A DNA stretch of 64,000 nucleotides from positions 139,120 to 203,119 of the forward strand of contig CAZAMC010000003.1 in assembly GCA_964486505.1 (NCBI GenBank), written 5' to 3'. The notes below the pieces were generated by a model. That model was not told the DNA's origin and did no database searches. It saw only the letters and a list, made by a program, of their open reading frames with translations. The translations under genes were made by a program, and so were the position numbers. The DNA comes from an uncultured Gammaproteobacteria bacterium (GTDB taxonomy: Bacteria > Patescibacteriota > Patescibacteriia > PEXW01). Below, piece after piece: positions 10,526 through 18,444 of this stretch; position 1 is the stretch's first letter, and every line of letters starts with the position of its first letter.

Positions 10526-11299
10526 TCAACGGAACAGATTTAGGAGCTCGTCGTGGACTTTTCCGTTCGAAGCAATGATGCTCGTGGTCTTTACCGAGAT
10601 GGACTCTCCATGAATATCTGTGCACCGCCCACCCGCTGCTTCAATAATTGCGGCGAGCGCGGCGATATCCCAGACTTTTATACCGATCTCCACAACGGCC
10701 TCAATCCGGCCACTCGCCACCAAATGGTACGGCCAGACATCGCCGAAGGCTCGGAGACGCCCCGCAGTACGGATGAGCTGCTCTAGCGCTGCTCCCTGCT
10801 TTCGACCGTAGAACTGCTTCATGCCGGCAATGCTCACCGTGCTCTCGCGAAGCAGCGGAATGTCGGAGACGTTCACCCGTGCGCCGTTCAGGCACGCGCC
10901 TTCGCCCACCTCACCCCATAGCAGCTCCTGCATACCCGGAACGTTCGATACGCCGAGATCGCACATCCCATCGTGCAACAAGCCAATTAAAATTCCGAAG
11001 AGCGGAATGCGACGAATGAAATTCTTCGTCCCGTCAATTGGATCAACGACCCATACGAACGAAGCATCGGCATGTGAAGTCCCCGACTCTTCGCCAAGGA
11101 AGCCATATTCTGGGAATGCCCGGCCGAGTAACTCGCAAATCAAAGCCTCTGCCTCTCGATCGGCAATGGTCACTGGCGTCGCATCTGCTTTGCGCTCCAC
11201 GGCGGCGCCGTGCTGGTAGTAGCGCATCACAAGGTCTGCAGCCCGGCACGAGGCTTCTAGCGCGGCGTGCACTGCTGTTGAAAAATTACTCTGTGTCAT
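10526..11299 (-). CDS. Inositol monophosphatase family protein (HisN-like)
   Basis: LGEE, WVVDPIDGTKNF and WDIAA motifs. Confidence 0.9.
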   Translation of the reverse strand: MTQSNFSTAVHAALEASCRAADLVMRYYQHGAAVERKADATPVTIADREAEALICELLGRAFPEYGFLGEESGTSHADASFVWVVDPIDGTKNFIRRIPLFGILIGLLHDGMCDLGVSNVPGMQELLWGEVGEGACLNGARVNVSDIPLLRESTVSIAGMKQFYGRKQGAALEQLIRTAGRLRAFGDVWPYHLVASGRIEAVVEIGIKVWDIAALAAIIEAAGGRCTDIHGESISVKTTSIIASNGKVHDELLNLFR

Positions 11300-11418
11300 C
11301 AGTTCTCCTTTGTACTTTCTGTGTTCCCTGCACCTTAGGCCGCAGGCGGAGCATTGTCAAAAGCCGCCCAAAATTTTTGGCTGGCTTTTCCCTATCGGTC
11401 ATTGCGAGCCCAGAGGGG

Positions 11419-12051
11419 TTACTTCACCAACCCCGTGACCGCTGTTGCCTCAATGCTCACCCAATGCACATCACGGCGCTTCCCTTGATCCGCAAACATC
11501 CGGGATGATTGAATACTAAAGCCGGCATGCCGAAGCAGGCTTTCCATCTCCTTCTTCGTAAAGTACGTAAAGAATCGGGGGAGTTTAGACAATGTATCGG
11601 TCACCCACCCAGAACCTCTACCAACCTTCACCCGCACATGCAGGCAGCCACCGGGGACAAGAACCTTCTGCAAACGTCGGAGAACGGGGGGAACATCTTG
11701 CCGCTGCAAATGCAGGAGCACGGCGTTCGCCCAAACCGCATCAAAGGACTTCGGCGGAAAGGCCAACTTCCGGACATCCATGAAAATGAATCGCCCTTTC
11801 GGTACTCGCTTCTTTGCAAGCGCCAGGAGGGTTGTACTCGTATCAATACCGGTGACGCGTAGCCCTTCCTTCACAAAATACTGGGCATCACGTCCACCGG
11901 CACAGCCCACTTCCAAAACCCGTGATCCTTTGGCCAACGTCTTTGCAAACGCCTTCCGCTCCTCTGGGACAAGCGGTTCAATGGAGCGCACGTATGCACG
12001 CCCCAACGTGTTGTAGGTCTTCCGCGTCTCCTCGTAAACCGAGGCAGGCAT
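11419..12051 (-). CDS. Class I SAM-dependent methyltransferase
   Basis: VLEVGCAGGRD and FDAVWANAVLLH motifs. Confidence 0.9.
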   Translation of the reverse strand: MPASVYEETRKTYNTLGRAYVRSIEPLVPEERKAFAKTLAKGSRVLEVGCAGGRDAQYFVKEGLRVTGIDTSTTLLALAKKRVPKGRFIFMDVRKLAFPPKSFDAVWANAVLLHLQRQDVPPVLRRLQKVLVPGGCLHVRVKVGRGSGWVTDTLSKLPRFFTYFTKKEMESLLRHAGFSIQSSRMFADQGKRRDVHWVSIEATAVTGLVK

Positions 12052-13325
12052 TACTTCACTAGCCCCCGCGCCTTCATGGCGTCTTCCACACGCTTCAAGG
12101 CCACAATGTACGCACCAGTGCGCAGGTCAACCTTATGCTTCTCGGCGGCGGCCCACACGTCGTTGAAGCTCGTGGTCATCACCTGCCGTAACTTCGTGAA
12201 CACTTCTTCCTTGGTCCAGTACGCCCCGCCAAGATTCTGCGCCCACTCGAAGTAGCTCACGGTCACACCGCCGGCGTTAGCCAAAATGTCTGGCACTACT
12301 GGAATCTTGCGGCGGAAAAGTTTCTCATCAGCATCCGGCGTGAGCGGGCCGTTGGCCATCTCCACAATTGCCTTCGCCTTAATCTTCCCGACGTTCTTCC
12401 CAGTAATGACGTTCTCCAGCGCGGCAGGAATGAGCACGTCAACCTTCAGCTGCAAGAGTTGATCGTTGGTAATCTGCTTGTAGTTCTCGCAGTCACACAC
12501 CGAGCCAATGCAGTAACACCCGTCAATCATCCCTTTCTCCTTCTTGGCGTGCATCACGTTTCGCGGGTCCATGCCCTTGCCGCGCACATCCAAGATCCCG
12601 CCTTTGGAATCGGAGAGGGCGATAATCTTGTAGCCCAAATCGTGCAGCTTCTCCGCCACGTAGTAGCCCACGTTACCAAAACCTTGCACCGCAATGGTCG
12701 CGCCCTTCTTGAGTTTGAGTTTCTTCGCCAATTCTTCAAAGACCATAGCGCCCCCAAACCCCGTAGCTTCGGTGCGGCCTTGCGAACCGCCAATGGCCAA
12801 GGGTTTGCCGGTAAACACCGCCGGTTCCCACGCGCCCGTCAGCCGTGCATACTCGTCCACCATCCAGCCCATAATCTGCGGTGTGGTGTACACGTCCGGC
12901 GCTGGTACATCGGTGCGCGGTCCCAGGTACTTCACGAACGCCCGTACCCACGCACGGGAGAGCGCTTCAATTTCCCGGGCCGACAACTTTTTCACGTCAA
13001 CGATAATGCCGCCCTTGCCGCCACCCATGGGAATGCCAGCCACGCCCGTCTTCATGGTCATCCAGAAGGCCAGTGCCTTCACTTCGTTGAGGTCAACCTT
13101 GGGATAGTAGCGAATGCCGCCCTTGAACGGTCCGCGCGCGTCGTTGTACTGGACGCGAAAGGCGGTAAAGCTCTTCGTCGAGCCATCATCCATGGTAATG
13201 GTAAGGCTCGCTTCCATAATGCGCTGCGGTTTCTGCAACGATTCAAGAAAGCGTGGATCAAGCTGGGCAACCGCGGCAGCTTTCTTTAGCTGGCGCATTG
13301 CGTTGGCAAAAGGATTCTCGGCCAT
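12051..13325 (-). CDS. gdhA: Glutamate dehydrogenase (Glu/Leu/Phe/Val family)
   Basis: GPFKGGIR, GGGKGG, DVPAPD, QGFGNVG and NAGGVTVSYFEW motifs. Confidence 0.93.
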   Translation of the reverse strand: MAENPFANAMRQLKKAAAVAQLDPRFLESLQKPQRIMEASLTITMDDGSTKSFTAFRVQYNDARGPFKGGIRYYPKVDLNEVKALAFWMTMKTGVAGIPMGGGKGGIIVDVKKLSAREIEALSRAWVRAFVKYLGPRTDVPAPDVYTTPQIMGWMVDEYARLTGAWEPAVFTGKPLAIGGSQGRTEATGFGGAMVFEELAKKLKLKKGATIAVQGFGNVGYYVAEKLHDLGYKIIALSDSKGGILDVRGKGMDPRNVMHAKKEKGMIDGCYCIGSVCDCENYKQITNDQLLQLKVDVLIPAALENVITGKNVGKIKAKAIVEMANGPLTPDADEKLFRRKIPVVPDILANAGGVTVSYFEWAQNLGGAYWTKEEVFTKLRQVMTTSFNDVWAAAEKHKVDLRTGAYIVALKRVEDAMKARGLVK

Positions 13326-13358
13326 ATGGTCGTAGGTAGTTGAGGAGGAATAGGATGA

Positions 13359-14327
13359 CTAACGTCTGGACGTGCCCCAGTCGATGCGCGCCCCCCGCTT
13401 GCCCGTAAGTTTGAGCAGGTACTGGTCAGCTTCCAAGGCGGCTTTGGCACCTTCGCCAGCCGAAATAACCACTTGCTTAAACGTAATTGTGGTAATGTCG
13501 CCCGCTGCGAATATGCCCGGTTTTGAGGTTTCGCAGTTGGGGCCAATTTTAATTTGCCCTCGGGGGTCGGTTTCCACAATACCCTTCACCCAGCCGGCTT
13601 TGGCCATGTACCCAATTTCCACAAAGACCACATCGGCAGGGATGTCTTGCAACTCCTGCGTCTTCTTGTTGAGAATCCGAATGCCGGTCACCGAGGTGTC
13701 ACCCAAAACTTCTTTCGTCTCTGCGCTATCGATGACCGAAATGTTCGAATGCTCGGTCATACGCTGGATGACAACCGTTTCCGCGGTGAGGTGTTCGTTC
13801 ACGTTGACGAGCTGCACCGTACTCGCCAGGTGTGCCAATGTAATCGCCGCTTGCACGGCCGATGAGCCGCCACCAATAACGAGAACATTCTTATCTTTGT
13901 AGTAGTGCGCTTCGCAAATTGCACAGTACAGCAAGCCCTTCCCGCTCAGCCGCTCTTCACCCGGTACGTTGAGGTGGCGATGGGAAAGACCAAAGGCGAG
14001 GATGACAACCGGTGCATCATACGACGTCGTTGCTGTGCGCACTGTGTACGTGCCGTCAGCCTTGGGTTCGAGTGCCGTTACCGTGTCAAAGGAGAACAAG
14101 GCACCGTACTTCTCGGCTTGGGCTTTGAACTTCTTCATTAAGTCCAGCCCATCAATGAACTCAATGCCTGGGTAATTCTCAATATCCGGCGTTGTGGCGG
14201 CCTGCCCGCCAACGTCCTGAGAAATGATCATAGTCTTGTACCCTCGACGGGCCGTAAACATGCCAGCCGTTAACCCGGCTGCGCCACCCCCGACGACGAT
14301 GACCTCAAACCCAGTAGGCATTTCCAT
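13359..14327 (-). CDS. Thioredoxin reductase-like FAD/NAD(P) oxidoreductase
   Basis: GGGAAG, YCAIC, GGGSSA and PGIFAAGD motifs; adjacent to trxA. Confidence 0.88.
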   Translation of the reverse strand: MEMPTGFEVIVVGGGAAGLTAGMFTARRGYKTMIISQDVGGQAATTPDIENYPGIEFIDGLDLMKKFKAQAEKYGALFSFDTVTALEPKADGTYTVRTATTSYDAPVVILAFGLSHRHLNVPGEERLSGKGLLYCAICEAHYYKDKNVLVIGGGSSAVQAAITLAHLASTVQLVNVNEHLTAETVVIQRMTEHSNISVIDSAETKEVLGDTSVTGIRILNKKTQELQDIPADVVFVEIGYMAKAGWVKGIVETDPRGQIKIGPNCETSKPGIFAAGDITTITFKQVVISAGEGAKAALEADQYLLKLTGKRGARIDWGTSRR

Positions 14328-14336
14328 GGCTCTAGC

Positions 14337-14660
14337 TTACAACGTTTTCTTCAGTTCCTCCATGATGGCTTGCTTCGTCTGTAATCCCGCAACCCGCCAC
14401 ACTGGCTTCCCGCCCTTGAAAATCGCCAAAGTCGGGATGCTCATGATTGCGTGGGCTTGGGCAGTGACCGGATTTTCATCTACATCAAGCTTGCAGACCT
14501 TGGCCTTATCGCCAATCTCTTTTGCAATCTCTTCCACAATTGGGCCCTGCACTTTGCACGGGCCACACCAGGTTGCCCAAAAATCTACAAGGACCGGCTT
14601 GGTGGGTTCATCAACTACCTCTTTTTGGAAGTTCTGGTCATTGAGGATCACTTCGGACAT
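14337..14660 (-). CDS. trxA: Thioredoxin
   Basis: FWATWCGPC and SIPT motifs. Confidence 0.96.
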   Translation of the reverse strand: MSEVILNDQNFQKEVVDEPTKPVLVDFWATWCGPCKVQGPIVEEIAKEIGDKAKVCKLDVDENPVTAQAHAIMSIPTLAIFKGGKPVWRVAGLQTKQAIMEELKKTL

Positions 14661-14705
14661 ACGGGCGCGTGGGGTTAAGGAAGGGAAGGTGAGTATAGGA
14701 ATTGG

Positions 14706-15047
14706 CTACGTACCCGACAATGGTCTTTTCATGGGCAAATAGGTACGGGACCAAGAAGCCATGGCGTGCAGGACCTTCTTGAAGGCTCGCCCGCTGGGTG
14801 TCAAGCTGTATTCTACCCGGGGCGGGGCTTCGCGGAAGGTTTTCCGGCTTATCATGCCGCAGGCCTCCAGCTCGCGGAGGCGCTTGGTAAGGGTACGGCT
14901 GCTCGTCTGCCCTACGTCGGCCATGAGCTCAGAAAAACGACGTGACTTTTTCTCGGCTAAGCGCTGGAGGATAACGAACGCTTCACGATCATTTACGTAC
15001 CCGCATAACCGGTCAACTGGACATGAGCCTGATTTTAATGCTTTCAT
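14706..15047 (-). CDS. HxlR-family winged-helix regulator
   Basis: N-terminal CP, RFSEL, LTKRLRELE and PPRVEYSLT motifs. Confidence 0.92.
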   Translation of the reverse strand: MKALKSGSCPVDRLCGYVNDREAFVILQRLAEKKSRRFSELMADVGQTSSRTLTKRLRELEACGMISRKTFREAPPRVEYSLTPSGRAFKKVLHAMASWSRTYLPMKRPLSGT

Positions 15048-15160
15048 AAGTAAAGTATTACCTACGCGAAGTTTGTTGTCAAATGGCTGCTTCGTTGTAG
15101 TACTCTATAGGCAGCAACACCTGCTTAGATTCCTACCTTACCTGTGAGAGGAGGTGCGCT

Positions 15161-15892
15161 ATGAAACGAAAATCTATAAGTCTGTCGGTACTCTCGCTTC
15201 TTGCGATGCTCTTCATTGCTCTACCGCAAGGTAGCTTTGCTGCATCCATAGATTCTGACCAGGATGATGTTAGCAACGCTCGTGATCCATTACCCTACGA
15301 CCACGACAACGATGGCATCGTTGATAGTCGTGATACGGATGATGATGACGATGGCATCCGTGATGCACTGGAGGCACTTACGGTACGTCTCGACCACGAT
15401 AACGATGGCATTAAAGACGTTACTGACACGGACGACGACAACGACGGCGACAAAGACAAGAGTGAGCGCCGAAAGCAGTTTGACCATGACAACGATGGTA
15501 CACGAGACCTACTCGACAGCGATGACGACAACGATGGGACTCGTGACACCAGTGAACGTACGCTCACACGTCGGTATGACCATGACAACGACGGCCTCCG
15601 TGACGATCGCGATGTTGACGATGATGAAGATGGGTTAGAAGACGTAGATGATCTCTACGACTTTGACCATGACAACGACGCAGTGCGTGATGATCGCGAT
15701 ACTGACGACGATGAAGATGGAATCGAAGATTCTGAAGACTCACATGACTGGGACCATGACAATGATGGGACAGTTGATGACGAAGACTCAGATGATGATT
15801 CCGACGGCATTAGTGATACAGAGGAGGAAGACGGAGAAGAGTGGGACTATGATAACGATGGCACAGCTGACGACGAGGAAACCTCTTCCTAA
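15161..15892 (+). CDS. Secreted Asp-rich repeat protein (thrombospondin type-3-like Ca-binding repeats)
   Basis: Signal peptide, then ~6.5 repeats of xDHDNDGxxDxxDxDDDxDGxxD; SD GGAGG. Confidence 0.85.
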   Translation: MKRKSISLSVLSLLAMLFIALPQGSFAASIDSDQDDVSNARDPLPYDHDNDGIVDSRDTDDDDDGIRDALEALTVRLDHDNDGIKDVTDTDDDNDGDKDKSERRKQFDHDNDGTRDLLDSDDDNDGTRDTSERTLTRRYDHDNDGLRDDRDVDDDEDGLEDVDDLYDFDHDNDAVRDDRDTDDDEDGIEDSEDSHDWDHDNDGTVDDEDSDDDSDGISDTEEEDGEEWDYDNDGTADDEETSS

Positions 15893-16048
15893 GGAAATAA
15901 ACAATTGGCAGCGCAAAGCTGCCTTTTGTTTTTCCTGCCAAGCAGAAAGCATGTGGAGACTAGCTTTGGGAGAAGAATCTATAATCGCAAAACTAGAAGC
16001 TGTTATGGTACTTAAGCAAAAAACAGGACCATAGTGCGTCCTGTATTT

Positions 16049-16124
16049 TGGTGGACCTCAGGGGACTCGAACCCCTTACCTCTTCCATGCCATGGAAGCG
16101 CTCTACCAGATGAGCTAGAGGCCC
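16049..16124 (-). tRNA. tRNA-Ala(GGC)
   Basis: Cloverleaf GGGCCTC...GAGGTCC-ACCA; anticodon arm CTTCC-ATGGCAT-GGAAG. Confidence 0.95.
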
Positions 16125-16158
16125 ATATTTTGCCTAACACTAGCACTTATTTTCAAAA

Positions 16159-16174
16159 TGTTCCACGTGGAACA
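16159..16174. promoter_or_regulatory. parS centromere-like site
   Basis: Perfect palindrome TGTTCCACGTGGAACA matching the ParB/Spo0J parS consensus. Confidence 0.8.
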
Positions 16175-16285
16175 TTCTCAATGCCGGGAACCACAACTTC
16201 AGCTAGGCATAGACTTTCGGTGCACGGAGCGCACGAGTCGCAATCACTTAGGGGCTCTTACTACCTAACAAAGAAACATTCTTCT

Positions 16286-16361
16286 TGGTGGACCAAAGGG
16301 GATTCGAACCCCTGACCTCTGCAATGCGAATGCAGCGCTCTACCAGCTGAGCTATTGGCCC
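16286..16361 (-). tRNA. tRNA-Ala(CGC)
   Basis: GGGCCAA...TTGGTCC-ACCA; anticodon arm CTGCA-TTCGCAT-TGCAG. Confidence 0.95.
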
Positions 16362-16384
16362 ATGGATACTAGTGATTTTCAAAT

Positions 16385-16400
16385 TGTTCCACGTGGAACA
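16385..16400. promoter_or_regulatory. parS centromere-like site
   Basis: Second perfect TGTTCCACGTGGAACA. Confidence 0.8.
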
Positions 16401-16631
16401 TTCCTTTTCATTTTTGTTTCTCAACTGTGCCCCTAACGCAAATCCTACGAGGGGAGTACACATCTGTGTGTCTAAGTGACGGATTCTTTGCCGTACAACG
16501 CGAAGGCGATCTGCCCATAACTATTCGCCCCACACCTCCCTTTGAGGGTATTAAGACACTCGCTATTTTAAGGATGACAAGTCATTACTTTTAGATGGCC
16601 CGCCATGAACCCGTGCATAGCGAGCAGTTCA

Positions 16632-16706
16632 TGGTGCCCCCGGAGGGAATTGAACCCCCATCTCTCCCTTAGGACGGGATAGCTCTATCCTTTGAGCTAC
16701 AGGGGC
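16632..16706 (-). tRNA. tRNA-Arg(CCT)
   Basis: GCCCCTG...CGGGGGC-ACCA; anticodon loop GTCCTAA. Confidence 0.92.
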
Positions 16707-16719
16707 TAATTCTCTAGTT

Positions 16720-16905
16720 TTAGCTATTATTTAGTGTCGCAAAATATATCCAGTTTGAAACCCTATCAATTACTGTGCTCGTTTTATCGAAGTAGGCTAC
16801 TATACCAAACAGGACAGCGATACCGATAATGAGCAATCCTAACGTGCGAAGGTCGCTCCGGATAAATTTGTTTGCCGCGTGCGGCGCTGGTGAGGGTGTG
16901 TACAT
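16720..16905 (-). CDS. Small single-TM membrane protein
   Basis: 61-aa ORF with the hydrophobic stretch LGLLIIGIAVLFGIVAYF. Confidence 0.65.
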   Translation of the reverse strand: MYTPSPAPHAANKFIRSDLRTLGLLIIGIAVLFGIVAYFDKTSTVIDRVSNWIYFATLNNS

Positions 16906-17007
16906 AATCCACGTGAGTGTACCGTAACCAATTCTTCACAGCAATTCCTTTGACCACATTTCTGTTCCTAACTACAATACCCTACCTCAGACTTAAACGT
17001 ATACCCT

Positions 17008-17385
17008 ATGGCAATGTTTAAAGGTGACAACTCTTCCGGGCATGAAGTTGGAACGGTTATTGGTGCAGGAGTAAAAGTTGAAGGGAACTTCACGGGCGAA
17101 GGCAACGTGGTCGTTGATGGTCAGCTGCAGGGCTCGTTAAAAACAAAACACAATGTGCAGGTGGGCGCCGGCGCGCTGGTGAAAGCGAATGTTGAGGCCC
17201 ATGACATCCAGTTAGCCGGAGAACTTCATGGAAACGTGAAGGCCACGGGGAAACTCGTCCTCGCGCCCAGCGCAAAACTTACTGGCAACGTTGAGGTAGG
17301 CTCGCTCTCAATTGCCGAAGGCGCTAGCTTCAATGGCAAGTGCGCAATGTTGAGCAGCCAAAATTCTGTCGCCGCTGTGAAGTAG
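17008..17385 (+). CDS. Bactofilin (polymer-forming cytoskeletal protein)
   Basis: TVIGAGVKVEG...IAEGASFNGKC beta-helix pattern. Confidence 0.92.
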   Translation: MAMFKGDNSSGHEVGTVIGAGVKVEGNFTGEGNVVVDGQLQGSLKTKHNVQVGAGALVKANVEAHDIQLAGELHGNVKATGKLVLAPSAKLTGNVEVGSLSIAEGASFNGKCAMLSSQNSVAAVK

Positions 17386-17388
17386 TTC

Positions 17389-18129
17389 ATGTATACGTAC
17401 GTCGTCGAAGCAAGCGCGAACACGAAGAAGCACGAGGTTGAACTTGCGCGAGTAGAATCGCGGCTCATTGCTTTGGAGATCGGCGGCCGAATTGAAAAAC
17501 TTACAATCCTAAAAAGTTTGAAGGAAACCCTCAACGACGCGGCGCGTTCAGCTAGCTCAACGGTTGTACTCATTGGCTCGGATAAACTTGTAAACGAAGC
17601 TATGTCAACGCTGGCAGAGCTTGATGTTACGGTAGGCATTATCCCAATAGGGGAACCAACCGTTATTGCGAACGCTCTGGGCATTCCGTACGGCGTTGCC
17701 GCGTGCGACATTCTCTCCGCTCGCATTACCGCTGCACTCGATCTCGTTCGGGTGAACAACCGTTACTTTCTCTCGACCCTGCACCTGCCGGTGGGCGCAG
17801 CCGTAACGCTAGATTGTGATAATCGCTACCAGGTAACCGCCACTACGCCCGCGGCAATCGATATTGCGAACTTTAGTGAAAGTAGCAACCCCAATGATGG
17901 ACAGCTTGAAGTCATTGTTCGCCCAGAAGAAAAATCGGGACTCTTTTCTTTCGGTCGAAAATTTAGCAAGGCCAGCGTTTTCCCTTTTAAGAAATTAACG
18001 ATCCGGAGCGGCAGCGAGAGTCTGCCCATCATGGCCGATGGGGAAACCGTACTCAAAACCCCGGCGACTATTGAAGTTGCGCCACACCGCCTGAAACTCA
18101 TCGTTGGCAAGCACCGCCACTTCGCGTAA
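17389..18129 (+). CDS. Diacylglycerol kinase/YegS-like protein (divergent)
   Basis: VGIIPIG, NPNDGQLEV and ADGE...TP motifs; GGDG degenerate (IGSD). Confidence 0.7.
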   Translation: MYTYVVEASANTKKHEVELARVESRLIALEIGGRIEKLTILKSLKETLNDAARSASSTVVLIGSDKLVNEAMSTLAELDVTVGIIPIGEPTVIANALGIPYGVAACDILSARITAALDLVRVNNRYFLSTLHLPVGAAVTLDCDNRYQVTATTPAAIDIANFSESSNPNDGQLEVIVRPEEKSGLFSFGRKFSKASVFPFKKLTIRSGSESLPIMADGETVLKTPATIEVAPHRLKLIVGKHRHFA

Positions 18130-18212
18130 AACCCCGGTAACAAGGGGATATTGCTGCTCCTACTGAAGGGTGCTAGTTTAGGGTTAACCCGAAAAACCAC
18201 AAGGAGTCGTGC

Positions 18213-18341
18213 ATGAAGAAACTGCGCAAGGACAAGGCCCCCAAGCGCCCCGCGCGCAAGCGACCCACCTCACCGGCCGCTAGCTACATTCCTGATCGTG
18301 GACACCTGATCAGCGAGTACGCCCGCACGCGGCACCAGTAG
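18213..18341 (+). CDS. Small basic protein (42 aa)
   Basis: SD AAGGAG; MKKLRKDKAPKRPARKRPTSPAASYIPDRGHLISEYARTRHQ; followed by a hairpin; below the ORF-track cutoff. Confidence 0.45.
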   Translation: MKKLRKDKAPKRPARKRPTSPAASYIPDRGHLISEYARTRHQ

Positions 18342-18444
18342 CGTTCCGCGCCTGTACTCTGTACCCATCCCGCCCACCAGCCAACTGGTGGGCGCTCTAT
18401 ATGCATTGACGAAAAGGGGTTATTTCCGTAGAATCTACGCACGT

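Noticed and set aside
15290-15880. CRISPR-like periodic DNA repeats (GACCATGACAACGA)
   Set aside because: In-frame coding repeats of the Asp-rich protein; no cas genes
16903-16920. Third parS site or DnaA box (ATAATCCACGTGAG)
   Set aside because: Only the CACGTG core matches; no DnaA-box cluster seen, so oriC is not called
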